Sequence record: OR493421.1
Direction: 5' to 3' (one strand)
Length of the DNA stretch: 64,000 nucleotides
Positions within the stretch are counted from its first letter, which is position 1. Every line of letters starts with the position of its first letter. Positions 18,366 to 27,445 of this stretch are shown here, piece by piece. Both the position numbers and the translations under genes were made by a program. The notes below the pieces were generated by a model. That model had not been told where the DNA came from, ran no database searches, and was given only the letters and a program-made list of their open reading frames with translations.

Positions 18366-18596
18366 CTAGTTAAATAGTTTCTTTGCGATATAATGGTTGC
18401 TTAGAAAGGTCAAATCGGATGTGGGGTGTTCTCCTCCAGCATCTTGCCAGTTAGTAGGTGAAATAGACTTCACTATTTCATAATCCACAAGTATTCTCGT
18501 GGGAGTACCATCCTGATGCTTTTCTGGCCAGTCTTTAATTAACTCCTTTAATTCAGTGACTGTCATCCCTTCCGGAAAATCCCAAGGTGAGGTCAT
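18366..18596 (-). CDS. hypothetical protein
   Basis: 76-aa ORF, GGAGG RBS. Confidence 0.7.
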   Translation of the reverse strand: MTSPWDFPEGMTVTELKELIKDWPEKHQDGTPTRILVDYEIVKSISPTNWQDAGGEHPTSDLTFLSNHYIAKKLFN

Positions 18597-18607
18597 ATTC
18601 CCTCCGA

Positions 18608-18973
18608 TTAACTTATCCAGCTTAAAGAAATAACCGATGTGTTAAAATCAGTTTCTGCTAAAATGACGTTTATATCTTGAATGAGAAGATCTAATTCATC
18701 TTCCTTCCAACGATCGTCTTTACTTCTCTTCAGACGCGTGGCTAATTTTACCGAGCGTTCTAACTGCTTCTTAGTAAGCTCGTGAAAAGTACACTGTTCC
18801 ATCCCCCGGAATACAACATGAACCAGTATGTCCTGAATGGAATAATGTTTACGGTAATAGTATAATTCCTGATATAAACCGCGTCCGTCGAGATAGCCGA
18901 CTTTCCTGTCATCCCCTGACAATTCATCGAAATCGGTTTTATTAAACTTAACGATATCGGTATCAAGGCCCAT
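18608..18973 (-). CDS. conserved phage hypothetical protein
   Basis: MGLD...YYYRKH motif. Confidence 0.75.
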   Translation of the reverse strand: MGLDTDIVKFNKTDFDELSGDDRKVGYLDGRGLYQELYYYRKHYSIQDILVHVVFRGMEQCTFHELTKKQLERSVKLATRLKRSKDDRWKEDELDLLIQDINVILAETDFNTSVISLSWIS

Positions 18974-18975
18974 GG

Positions 18976-19509
18976 CTATTCTCCTAAATGTAAATGGTCT
19001 TCAAGAGTTGGTTTGCAATAAGTACGATAGGAACCAGATAAGATCTCATCGTGATGGATTAAACGATAACCGGTTTGTTCTAATGACACTCCGATATAAC
19101 GTTCGTCTTCGATCACTTTATCATGCAAATGAGCATGGATATTGATGCGACCTCGGAGATGATTAGGATGCTGAGGTTCATGGGATACGAAGAACCCACT
19201 CTTCCATTTAAACGATCCGGTGACGACGTCGAAGAAAGCAGCGAGATCGGTAACCTTAACGCCTTTCTCCATACAGTGATTCCCCGGGATAAGATGTTTC
19301 TTATACGGGAATTTCTTCAGGATGAACAGCGATTCGGGTTTAATGAATCCATCACCCACGATGGTTAGTATGTCGTGATCACGAGGTTTAACCAAAATCG
19401 TATCGGCGATAAATTCATCGTGCTCTTTTACCGTTTTAAACTGTTTACGGTATTTGATAATAGAAGGATCTCCTAAATGGAAATCCCCCGCGAACCAACG
19501 AGCAGTCAT
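18976..19509 (-). CDS. calcineurin-like metallophosphoesterase
   Basis: GDFHLG, VGD, PGNH, SHEP and HAHLH motifs. Confidence 0.88.
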   Translation of the reverse strand: MTARWFAGDFHLGDPSIIKYRKQFKTVKEHDEFIADTILVKPRDHDILTIVGDGFIKPESLFILKKFPYKKHLIPGNHCMEKGVKVTDLAAFFDVVTGSFKWKSGFFVSHEPQHPNHLRGRINIHAHLHDKVIEDERYIGVSLEQTGYRLIHHDEILSGSYRTYCKPTLEDHLHLGE

Positions 19510-19835
19510 TAGTAATTCCCCGGCAAATCAGCGACTTTGATAATCTTTTCTCGATTGGCTTTGAGGTATTCGATAATAACCTCTTTTTTCGTTTTAGTGC
19601 GTTCTTGAGAAAGGCAGAGCTGTTCCAAATCTCCGCACTCTAAGACGACTAATTCCACAGAGCCGTCTACCAGCTCTTGCGAAATGACCAAAATAGAATC
19701 GTCCTCTTCGCCCAAATACTCCCTTTTGGTTCTCCATCGCCGTATAAAGTAGAAATGAGGAATAAACAACCCCTGTTCTAAGGCCTCGATAATATCAACT
19801 TCTCTGTCTTCTAACACCTGAATCAATACTTTCAT
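19509..19835 (-). CDS. hypothetical protein (tandem paralog A)
   Basis: LVISQE...ECG shared with 19837..20169. Confidence 0.75.
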   Translation of the reverse strand: MKVLIQVLEDREVDIIEALEQGLFIPHFYFIRRWRTKREYLGEEDDSILVISQELVDGSVELVVLECGDLEQLCLSQERTKTKKEVIIEYLKANREKIIKVADLPGNY

Positions 19836-19836
19836 T

Positions 19837-20169
19837 TCATTGGTCCTCTGTAATTAAAACCGCCCGATGCAAATTGTCCCTGACGTATTTCTTTATTTTC
19901 GCGTTGATCAGTGATAGGGGCGTCCGGTTCATTAACTTCCCAAATTCGCCGCATTCAATAAAGAACAATTTAGTTGTAACAAATTCCGATATTTCTTGGG
20001 AAACCAAGACAACGTCCTTATCTCCGCCAAGCGCTTTTCTCTGAGGGAAATCAAATAGACTGTCGCCTAATCGATTTGGCCCTACTATTTCAAATCTTAG
20101 TCCCGGAATATCGGATTCCATAATTTCATTCGGGGTAAGATCTTTTTCAACTAAAACCATTATTTTCAT
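19837..20169 (-). CDS. hypothetical protein (tandem paralog B)
   Basis: LVEKDLTP...RFEIVG...LVSQE...ECG. Confidence 0.75.
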   Translation of the reverse strand: MKIMVLVEKDLTPNEIMESDIPGLRFEIVGPNRLGDSLFDFPQRKALGGDKDVVLVSQEISEFVTTKLFFIECGEFGKLMNRTPLSLINAKIKKYVRDNLHRAVLITEDQ

Positions 20170-20205
20170 GAGACCACCTCAAATCACGGTATCAGACATG
20201 GTGTA

Positions 20206-20427
20206 TCAATCTCCCAAAGTCACCGCAAAAGAAGCGCAGATCCCATTTATGTCTAGAGAGACCGGGATAAACATCTTATCCATATCCGTTTTCTTCCCCT
20301 GGGGAGAATCTAATCGGACGATGCCTAACTCCTCAATCCCAACCACTCTAAACTTGGGCATGACGATCTCAACCCCCGCATTTTTGATTGGCGTAAGATC
20401 TCTTTCGACTAAAAATATTGGTCTCAC
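20206..20427 (-). CDS. hypothetical protein (tandem paralog C, shorter)
   Basis: LVERDLTP...KFRVVG; GTG start with AGGGG RBS. Confidence 0.65.
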   Translation of the reverse strand: MRPIFLVERDLTPIKNAGVEIVMPKFRVVGIEELGIVRLDSPQGKKTDMDKMFIPVSLDINGICASFAVTLGD

Positions 20428-20450
20428 GATATTTCCCCTAAAGATGTTTA

Positions 20451-20762
20451 TTACGCGTGGTAGAAAAACCCTGATATGGCTCCTGGCTCTGTAAGAGGCG
20501 TTTCGCCCAAACAGATAACATGGAGGTTATCACGGTTAGGGTACCAATACCCACGGCCTTTTTCTCCATAAGGAAGACCTGATAGCGAACCATGATTATC
20601 ACCAGTAGGGACTGGTTCAAATACTGAAGTGCCAGAAACGAAATCAGGATGCGGGAACGTTATGTCTTTTGCTTCCGTCTCATCTTTAGCAGCAACAACC
20701 AATTCCCACCATCTTTCGTATTTCCCATGATTATCGGGCGAACGAACCAGAAATAATTTCAT
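20451..20762 (-). CDS. conserved phage hypothetical protein (paralog of 13888..14190)
   Basis: MKLFLV...VVAAKD..EA...HP...W...VICLG. Confidence 0.75.
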   Translation of the reverse strand: MKLFLVRSPDNHGKYERWWELVVAAKDETEAKDITFPHPDFVSGTSVFEPVPTGDNHGSLSGLPYGEKGRGYWYPNRDNLHVICLGETPLTEPGAISGFFYHA

Positions 20763-20783
20763 TTCATTTCTCCTAAATTAATA

Positions 20784-21053
20784 TCATTTGGCTTTTAGAA
20801 ATACCAGCTTTACTTCGTAAAATCCCATCTTTCTCAACATTTTGATGGGTGCTGCAAATCCTTTGAAGGTCTTTGGATAGTACGCATTCTTTGACGAAGA
20901 GAATACCCTATCTCCGTATTCTGTTTTGAACTCTACCGACCATCCCTCTGTAGTTTCAACCAAAGAAGCCGACTTAACCAATTTACGACCGATCATTATC
21001 CGAAGTTCTTTTAACTGAGCGAACGTTCTGGTAACGATGATTTCCGATTTCAT
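20784..21053 (-). CDS. basic hypothetical protein
   Basis: 89-aa ORF. Confidence 0.7.
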   Translation of the reverse strand: MKSEIIVTRTFAQLKELRIMIGRKLVKSASLVETTEGWSVEFKTEYGDRVFSSSKNAYYPKTFKGFAAPIKMLRKMGFYEVKLVFLKAK

Positions 21054-21295
21054 TCACTTTCCTTTATCTGACCAAGTAAGTCGTTTAAAGGGATCCAGTT
21101 TACACTAGGATACCAATACCCTCTGTATTCTGTCGATATGGACACAATGGCCGGGTACGAACGTGGATAATTGGACGGTCGTTCTTCAGCGATATCCGGA
21201 GAATTAGAGAATCTATGTTTAATCGCTTTTCTGAAACCGGCCTGGGTTCTTACTAAATAGAACCCTTTACCCAATATTACCAAATTATCTCTCAT
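21050..21295 (-). CDS. hypothetical phage protein
   Basis: YPRSYPAIV...YRGY motif. Confidence 0.7.
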   Translation of the reverse strand: MRDNLVILGKGFYLVRTQAGFRKAIKHRFSNSPDIAEERPSNYPRSYPAIVSISTEYRGYWYPSVNWIPLNDLLGQIKESE

Positions 21296-21345
21296 ACCGT
21301 TCCTTATGATTTAGCCGCCCAAACCACGCTTGACTAGATAAAGAT

Positions 21346-21765
21346 TCAAAATAATCCCAATTCATCTTCGACGATACGTTTGTTCAAAAAGTACTGTTGA
21401 CCATGACCATAGTCAATCGCTACTATCCGACCTTGATAATAACCGAAGTTGGAAGGCTCGGCGACTTCTATGATATTTAAAATATACTCGTTATCCTCTT
21501 CGTAAAGATTTTTGAATAGTTTCCAGAGTTGCGGGTCTTTGGGATCGGTTATTACACTACAACGTGGGTATACGTTTAAGAAACCACCAGGAAGAGAAAA
21601 TAATAAAGGAGCCAATGACTCACTAGGGAATCGGTTATAGCTTTTCTCGAACATGTTGTCCAGTAACCCTCTAACGAAATACGCCCAGGATTTCAAATAG
21701 GGGAGCTTTATGGCGTATTTCCCTATGAGGATAACCGACCTAGTTCTACCATGAATGAGTTTCAT
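21346..21765 (-). CDS. small protein-kinase-like fold protein
   Basis: GRTRSV..IGKYAIKLP, SNFG and AIDYG motifs. Confidence 0.55.
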   Translation of the reverse strand: MKLIHGRTRSVILIGKYAIKLPYLKSWAYFVRGLLDNMFEKSYNRFPSESLAPLLFSLPGGFLNVYPRCSVITDPKDPQLWKLFKNLYEEDNEYILNIIEVAEPSNFGYYQGRIVAIDYGHGQQYFLNKRIVEDELGLF

Positions 21766-22349
21766 CGTTTATCCCCCACCCAAGTTGCCACGCCCACTCT
21801 AAATGGTGTGTGATCGTGAATGTCCAAGCGTCTTAAATCCCCGAAAAAACTCAGATTGTTTACCTGGTCCAACCCTATGTTCAATCTATCCATAATGCGT
21901 TGTTTAGCGTCGGCGTAAGCCGAGGAAGTCCCTTTAGCCCAATCCTCTCTCAGCAAATCAAAGTTTGGATCTATCAACACCAGCGGTACTCCGCCGCCGC
22001 CATTAAAGACATAACGATCTAGCAAGTACCAGTTTCTTCTTGCATGGTAGTCGGTTAGCTTGGTGTAGATATCGTAGTGAAAGATAAAATGGGCTAAATG
22101 ATATCCTAGCTTCTCTTCCATCAATGCAAAGATGTCAGGATGGAGATGATGACTAATTTTATCCCCCGGGCCCATACTCGTACGATGCTTACGGATTTTA
22201 CAGAGTTTAACTTCGTCCCACTCGTCGTTGATTGGAGTGAGTTCCAGCTCGATCTGTTCGGTGTACATCCCTCCTTTACGAAGAAGAACGCGGTTATACG
22301 TATTCCAGTAAGAGGTGTAGTCAATCCAATCCTTCAATTGATTCATCAT
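21762..22349 (-). CDS. hypothetical protein
   Basis: start moved to ATG 22349 (TTTAGGAA RBS). Confidence 0.75.
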   Translation of the reverse strand: MMNQLKDWIDYTSYWNTYNRVLLRKGGMYTEQIELELTPINDEWDEVKLCKIRKHRTSMGPGDKISHHLHPDIFALMEEKLGYHLAHFIFHYDIYTKLTDYHARRNWYLLDRYVFNGGGGVPLVLIDPNFDLLREDWAKGTSSAYADAKQRIMDRLNIGLDQVNNLSFFGDLRRLDIHDHTPFRVGVATWVGDKR

Positions 22350-22381
22350 GATTTTAATTCCTAAAGTTGGGTATTCATAAA

Positions 22382-22395
22382 AGTAATATAGAGCT
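22382..22395 (-). promoter_or_regulatory. putative early promoter (TATATTAC core)
   Basis: exact TATATTAC at 22383-22390 on minus strand, overlapping the hairpin. Confidence 0.5.
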
Positions 22396-22414
22396 AGCAA
22401 AAGCTAGCTCTATA
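22387..22414 (-). terminator. hairpin, 12-bp stem
   Basis: TATAGAGCTAGC-AAAA-GCTAGCTCTATA. Confidence 0.7.
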
Positions 22415-22417
22415 GAG

Positions 22418-22675
22418 TCAGTCTTTTTCTTCGAAGAAGAAGTCGGTTTTTAGTAACACCACGACTAGAGCGAGTCCAATTAAACAGACCCAGATATTCT
22501 GATATTGTCCCAACAAACACCCAAAGATAAAGGAGATGAAAGGCATTGCTGGGAAGGATCCCTTCTTCCACGATAACTTAGGAATAGGTTTACCGCCCAT
22601 TCGTTTAACTTCCAGAACCACTGTAACAACAATGGAAATAAGTAAAAACCCAAGAAAGGCCCATAAGAAATTCAT
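22418..22675 (-). CDS. membrane protein (3 TM)
   Basis: hydrophobic segments. Confidence 0.75.
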   Translation of the reverse strand: MNFLWAFLGFLLISIVVTVVLEVKRMGGKPIPKLSWKKGSFPAMPFISFIFGCLLGQYQNIWVCLIGLALVVVLLKTDFFFEEKD

Positions 22676-22697
22676 AGCGACTCCAAAGAATAAGTGA

Positions 22698-23123
22698 TTA
22701 AGAAGAGAATTGGTCCCAGACCTGAGGGGATTCCAACCATTTTGTTTGTAATTCAGTTAGGGTGTCTGAGACGGGTTTCTTCTCCTGATAAGGATTATCA
22801 TCGAAGTCTTCCCCATCAATTCGCATGAGTCTGCGTTCCCCCACCAATCCATTGACTAGGCAACCCGATTCATTAATATCGAAGATCTGGCTGCGCTCGA
22901 ACCCTGTACCTGACCGCAAAAACACGACGGCGGGTATTGTTTCAGACACGCTCCAACATCTGCCCGCAGTTATAAAACCCCCCATGGTCCCGTCTTTTAA
23001 TGAGAAAAAGAAGCGAGTACCGGGATCGTAAACCCTGATCGCGGTGACTTCTTTACCCACGTTCTCAGGATAATAATCGTCTTTAATAATCAGGCACTTA
23101 CAACCCGGTTCGATCGGTTTCAT
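22698..23123 (-). CDS. hypothetical phage protein
   Basis: IEPGCKCLII...NVGKEV N-terminal motif. Confidence 0.7.
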   Translation of the reverse strand: MKPIEPGCKCLIIKDDYYPENVGKEVTAIRVYDPGTRFFFSLKDGTMGGFITAGRCWSVSETIPAVVFLRSGTGFERSQIFDINESGCLVNGLVGERRLMRIDGEDFDDNPYQEKKPVSDTLTELQTKWLESPQVWDQFSS

Positions 23124-23961
23124 TTTCTAATCCTATTTCTTCTGGATGTTTCTTGAGGTAATCCTCGAATTCTTCTACGAATTCATTATCGGTTAATAAC
23201 GCAGCCGATAAGGTTAACGGATCGGTTATAGTGCTCAGATCATGGTACTTAAATACCACCCAGCATTCTCCAACTTTCCCATCCCAATAACGCTGAATTT
23301 GATAGTTGTCTTGAAGTTCGAAGAAGCCCTGGATCATCATGAATCCATCTTCTAATGCTTCTTGGTCATAATCGAAATCTAACCAATCTAGCATGGCGTC
23401 AAATTCGGCCGCGTTATATCCTTTCTTAAGAATGAAGGATCCCCGGCCTTTAATAAAAACAGCTCCGCTGAGAATAGCGCCTTGATCTTGAATGGCTAAG
23501 ATGAATTCTTTACGGGCGTTCTCTAATAACGGTTGGTTGTTTTTCTTCCAATCTTCGTAATAGGTTTTGACAAGCAAACCTAATCCCTGCGATGCAAAGA
23601 ACATGGTAAAATACCCCACTCCGTACCATATCCCGAGTCCTAACAGAACAACCACCCCGACTAGAACTCGCCACGCGGTTAATATAGACCATTCCTTAGA
23701 GCTAAGGTCGTTGCGCAATACGTTCTCTGCATGTTCTAGATCGTGTTCGTCATCATACCCGCCTTCTGTTTTATAACACAGAATGCAGCCCGTCGCTTCG
23801 AATAACCAACTGGCAGAGAACAATAAAGCCAAATAACATACCGCGGAGACTAACCACGACTCCTGAGCCGCCGGTAGATTAAATACCATAAAGAGCAAAC
23901 AGAAGGATATGCAAGATAACTCAATCGGGCCGACGAGTTTCTTCAAAGATTGAAAATTCAT
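23098..23961 (-). CDS. membrane protein with soluble C-terminal domain
   Basis: four hydrophobic helices then acidic domain. Confidence 0.75.
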   Translation of the reverse strand: MNFQSLKKLVGPIELSCISFCLLFMVFNLPAAQESWLVSAVCYLALLFSASWLFEATGCILCYKTEGGYDDEHDLEHAENVLRNDLSSKEWSILTAWRVLVGVVVLLGLGIWYGVGYFTMFFASQGLGLLVKTYYEDWKKNNQPLLENARKEFILAIQDQGAILSGAVFIKGRGSFILKKGYNAAEFDAMLDWLDFDYDQEALEDGFMMIQGFFELQDNYQIQRYWDGKVGECWVVFKYHDLSTITDPLTLSAALLTDNEFVEEFEDYLKKHPEEIGLENETDRTGL

Positions 23962-24014
23962 AGATAATCCTTAAAAAGGGAAGAGAAGTTCAATAACTAA
24001 AAATAACCGTTTAA

Positions 24015-24050
24015 ATATACTCCTACGGCTTAATCGCCGTAGGAGTATAT
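24015..24050 (-). terminator. long-stem hairpin (TACTCC family)
   Basis: ATATACTCCTACGGC-TTAATC-GCCGTAGGAGTATAT. Confidence 0.8.
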
Positions 24051-24055
24051 ATTGT

Positions 24056-24508
24056 TTATCCATGAGGGGGTTTTATCGTACCGAAAGTCGTTTTAACATT
24101 ACCGACGATCTGATCAGCTTGAATATCTCCGGAAGAAGTTTCAACGTTTCCTTTTATAGTCTTTGTGGTCACGTTACCAGAAGCAGTTTTTATTCCGTTT
24201 CTTGCTTCCTGGCCAACATCCACATCGCCCGATGCTGTGGTTATCTGACCTTCACAATTACCTTGGACGTAGACATCGCCGGATGCTGTTTTTATTTCCC
24301 CGGCTGATCCATTGACAGTAACAGTCCCTGATCCGATATCGATTTTCGTAGCAGAACCCTGCACAATGATATTAACTGTGATGTTCTGACTAGGCTCAAT
24401 CTCTGAAGGAGGTTTGCCGTTAATTAACAGTTCTCCATTGGAGAAACTGATGGACGCGCCTGAAGGCACATTGATACTTTTACCGTTAATGTTGAATTCG
24501 TTAGCCAT
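24056..24508 (-). CDS. DUF4097-like beta-solenoid repeat protein
   Basis: repeated I/V-x-T-A/S-S-G-D/N-V/I units about every 17 aa. Confidence 0.75.
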   Translation of the reverse strand: MANEFNINGKSINVPSGASISFSNGELLINGKPPSEIEPSQNITVNIIVQGSATKIDIGSGTVTVNGSAGEIKTASGDVYVQGNCEGQITTASGDVDVGQEARNGIKTASGNVTTKTIKGNVETSSGDIQADQIVGNVKTTFGTIKPPHG

Positions 24509-24522
24509 GATATTCCCTAAAG

Positions 24523-24771
24523 TTAATTTGGTTTATTTCTGCTTTCCCAGCGCCACCAACCCATGTCGCCGATCCAGCGGTATGTCGCGTACACGTGACC
24601 CTTTCCGCTAATGTACTCAAGCTTTACGCCGCCCTCGATAACATCAATCTCCGTGGGTATCTCATAAACACGCTCTGCGTGATCCGGAACGGCGAATTCT
24701 TTATCGGTCTTAGGATTGGTCCTGGTTAGCCCTAATGATCTTCGGTAATCGCCGAAAGAGATATTCTCCAT
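24523..24771 (-). CDS. hypothetical protein
   Basis: 82-aa ORF. Confidence 0.7.
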   Translation of the reverse strand: MENISFGDYRRSLGLTRTNPKTDKEFAVPDHAERVYEIPTEIDVIEGGVKLEYISGKGHVYATYRWIGDMGWWRWESRNKPN

Positions 24772-25193
24772 TAAATCTCCTTAGCGACAACGTCTTTTGC
24801 CTTTGTCGTGATCAAAGAACTTAGTCCATATGACATCAATACGAAGACGATGCTGAGCGTAGCCAAAATAGGTGAACCTGAGTAAGCCATAAACGCCATG
24901 AAACCAAATAGCCAGATGCGACCGACACATACCCTGAGACCGTACCATGATTTTTTCTTACGTTCTTCATTTTTAGCTAAGATATTCTTAGCCATATCTT
25001 TGACCTTTTGGCCCGCTGCGAATAGGGTGGCGTAAACTAAACACAAAGCGATAACACAACCTATCGTGAATGACGTGAAGAGTAAAAATAACCAGTCGGC
25101 GAACGAGACCATTTGTCCGTTGCCAATAGACGTCCCATAAAGATTGAGTGCAACGGCGATCACCATTAAAATGCGAAATAACCATAAGTACAT
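24771..25193 (-). CDS. membrane protein (4 TM)
   Basis: hydrophobic helices separated by a basic loop. Confidence 0.75.
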   Translation of the reverse strand: MYLWLFRILMVIAVALNLYGTSIGNGQMVSFADWLFLLFTSFTIGCVIALCLVYATLFAAGQKVKDMAKNILAKNEERKKKSWYGLRVCVGRIWLFGFMAFMAYSGSPILATLSIVFVLMSYGLSSLITTKAKDVVAKEI

Positions 25194-25223
25194 TTTTTGT
25201 TTCCTTAATTAGTAATAAATCGA

Positions 25224-25472
25224 TTAACCGAGTTTAAACGTGTGATGAATACCGAGAATAATGATCTTGTTCTTAGCCCTGTCGTAGGTGTTAAAGATAA
25301 CCGGTAAACGCATCCAGTGTGCAAATATCCAATATCCAGAGATCCTTTTCTCAATACGAAAATGATTGCCGAGGTCGATAACCCTATAGCGGTAATCTGA
25401 TTCAAACCTAATGGATTGTCGATAGGCCTTAGAAAGGTTTTTCTTTAGTCTTAACCTCAACCTATTCATCAT
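25224..25472 (-). CDS. basic hypothetical protein
   Basis: 82 aa, TTTTTAGGAA RBS. Confidence 0.65.
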   Translation of the reverse strand: MMNRLRLRLKKNLSKAYRQSIRFESDYRYRVIDLGNHFRIEKRISGYWIFAHWMRLPVIFNTYDRAKNKIIILGIHHTFKLG

Positions 25473-25496
25473 GATGTTAATTCCTAAAAAGATAGA

Positions 25497-25721
25497 CTAG
25501 GATAGAAAAGTCAATGAGCTGTGTTGTTCGCAATACTGTTTTATTTCTTCTGTCAGTGTTTCTTCTTCTCCCGGCGCAAAGATACTCAAAGTGATTTCTC
25601 CCAACTCCCAGTCAATCGCTGTAGAAGAAATCACTCCTCTCCCGTAAAGAACTTCCCTTAAAAAGGAAAACAGTTTATACATCCGTCTTCCTCTGACGCA
25701 TTTAATTTTAAACTCTAACAT
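25497..25721 (-). CDS. hypothetical protein
   Basis: 74-aa ORF. Confidence 0.65.
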   Translation of the reverse strand: MLEFKIKCVRGRRMYKLFSFLREVLYGRGVISSTAIDWELGEITLSIFAPGEEETLTEEIKQYCEQHSSLTFLS

Positions 25722-25723
25722 GA

Positions 25724-25933
25724 CTACTTAAAGATTTCCAAAAAGAATTCACTTACCCGTTTGAACGCATGGCCGATAAGAATAAACAGATGCCATATAG
25801 GACTAAGCCAGGCTTTGAATAACGTTTTGACGTAGCCTTCTTTTGGAGCTCTCTGATTACGCCACCAGAGTAAATGTAAAAACCACCCTCCGGCGAAGTA
25901 ACATAGTACGATAGTTACTATCTCCGTGATCAT
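25724..25933 (-). CDS. small membrane protein
   Basis: hydrophobic N-terminus. Confidence 0.65.
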   Translation of the reverse strand: MITEIVTIVLCYFAGGWFLHLLWWRNQRAPKEGYVKTLFKAWLSPIWHLFILIGHAFKRVSEFFLEIFK

Positions 25934-26205
25934 TTTCTTTTCCTTTTAGCATGTTTCTTATTTGGATTGAGTTTCTTTTTGGGTTTACTCAGATCATGAA
26001 CCCTGAAGATAATCGGGTCAGGCTCATCTTCCCTGAGAAACTCCCCGAAACTCAAACGAAACTTCTCGCCTAATTTGGCGTTCAGTTTATCTTTAGGCAC
26101 ATCGAACTTACGAACCTCTTTGGTGTCAGGATCCTGACCAACCAAAAGAATTCCCGTCGGTGTGGTGCGTGCAGCATAATAAACTATGGATGGCGCCTGA
26201 GCCAT
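25930..26205 (-). CDS. hypothetical protein with basic tail
   Basis: 91 aa, ends KKHAKRKRK. Confidence 0.7.
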   Translation of the reverse strand: MAQAPSIVYYAARTTPTGILLVGQDPDTKEVRKFDVPKDKLNAKLGEKFRLSFGEFLREDEPDPIIFRVHDLSKPKKKLNPNKKHAKRKRK

Positions 26206-26223
26206 AATTTTCTCCTAAATAGG

Positions 26224-26241
26224 GGGTGGGAAACCCCACCC
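26224..26241 (-). terminator. GC-rich hairpin
   Basis: GGGTGGG-AAAC-CCCACCC. Confidence 0.6.
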
Positions 26242-26251
26242 ACAAAGATTA

Positions 26252-26866
26252 CTAACCGGCTTGTCTCGCCAACCAATGAGAGAGATATCCGCGAGCCGAC
26301 ATCGACAGGCCTTTATCCGCTAACGTTTCAACCGCCCAAGCTGGAGTGAAGTCAGCTTCTTTAACAAAGACGTCATTATAGAAAACCCCCTTACGATCTT
26401 TAATCTCATCGTAAGACGCTTCGATGGCTTCCTGCAACGTAAAGTTATAACGGCGACTGATTTCATAGAGGACGTCGAGCACCGGATAATAGACCGTATC
26501 GAGGTCGGTGAAATCTCGTTCAATATCGTGATTTTCCACCAGGCTAAAAGCCTCACCCCAATAACAATACATGTCGGCTATTAACCCGATCGTGCCGGTC
26601 CCAAAAGGATAGAGGTGGCGTTCATCTTCGTCAAAGGTAATAACCGAAGACGGCTCAACCCCGTACATCTTCGCAACGTTGGTCATGATAACCAAAACAT
26701 CACCTACAGCATCTTTGATCAAATCGAGTTTATTGCGAGCAACGCCACCCGCGATTTCCCCCATTTCTTCCATGACTTTAAGGACTTGGCCGGAAGGCTT
26801 GCCCGCAGTGATGATATTACGTTCAGTAGACCAATCGACGATCTTGTCAAAAATAGTTTTTTCCAC
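26252..26866 (-). CDS. mazG: MazG-like nucleotide pyrophosphohydrolase
   Basis: KVMEEMGEIA...IKDAVGDVLV and AYDEIKDRKG-type (SYDEIKDRKG) motifs. Confidence 0.85.
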   Translation of the reverse strand: MEKTIFDKIVDWSTERNIITAGKPSGQVLKVMEEMGEIAGGVARNKLDLIKDAVGDVLVIMTNVAKMYGVEPSSVITFDEDERHLYPFGTGTIGLIADMYCYWGEAFSLVENHDIERDFTDLDTVYYPVLDVLYEISRRYNFTLQEAIEASYDEIKDRKGVFYNDVFVKEADFTPAWAVETLADKGLSMSARGYLSHWLARQAG

Positions 26867-26884
26867 GATATTTCCTTTGAGTAA

Positions 26885-27445
26885 TTAACGGGGTGGTCCT
26901 GGAGGACCGTTGGGATGACCACCTGGATTAGCTGGACCAGGCCCTGGGCCAGGACCTCTTCTGCTTTTGGTGTCACTATTATCGCTTTTAGAGAAAGGAA
27001 CGGCATCCTCTGCTTCAGGCGTGATAATCCTATCCAAAATATAGCACTCTGAGAACTCGATCGTTTTATCTACTTTGTTCTCTTTGTTATCCGGGGTCGC
27101 TATGAATTTCGTGAACCTAGTGAGGTTTATGACGAGGTCGCCGTTAGTAAAACCGAGATCGATCTTATCGTACCCAGCAGTCCCACTACCCTCTATTTTT
27201 CCTTTATCATGATAAAGGAAAAAAGGCAGTTCCATAAGAACCCCGCCGTAACGCCCATTAAGTAACGAGATTTTATTTTTGGAAATTATAAAATAATTGA
27301 TGTCGGTGTTGTAAAGAGTCGGTTTAACAACCCCAGTTCCTTTGGTCTCTCCAACTTTGTTACAGACCAGGACGATATCGACTCTGGCCAAACTACTAAA
27401 ACTTAATCCGAGCAAAATGAGTAACAGGTATAATCGTTTCACCAC
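26885..27445 (-). CDS. secreted protein with Pro/Gly-rich C-terminal tail
   Basis: signal peptide (SFSSLA), two Cys, ends GPGPGPGPANPGGHPNGPPGPPR. Confidence 0.75.
   Translation of the reverse strand: MVKRLYLLLILLGLSFSSLARVDIVLVCNKVGETKGTGVVKPTLYNTDINYFIISKNKISLLNGRYGGVLMELPFFLYHDKGKIEGSGTAGYDKIDLGFTNGDLVINLTRFTKFIATPDNKENKVDKTIEFSECYILDRIITPEAEDAVPFSKSDNSDTKSRRGPGPGPGPANPGGHPNGPPGPPR

Noticed and set aside
23997-24011. CTAAAAATAACCGTT repeated at 36935-36949
   Set aside because: AT-rich and overlaps the common TTTTTAG(G) ribosome-binding context; only two copies
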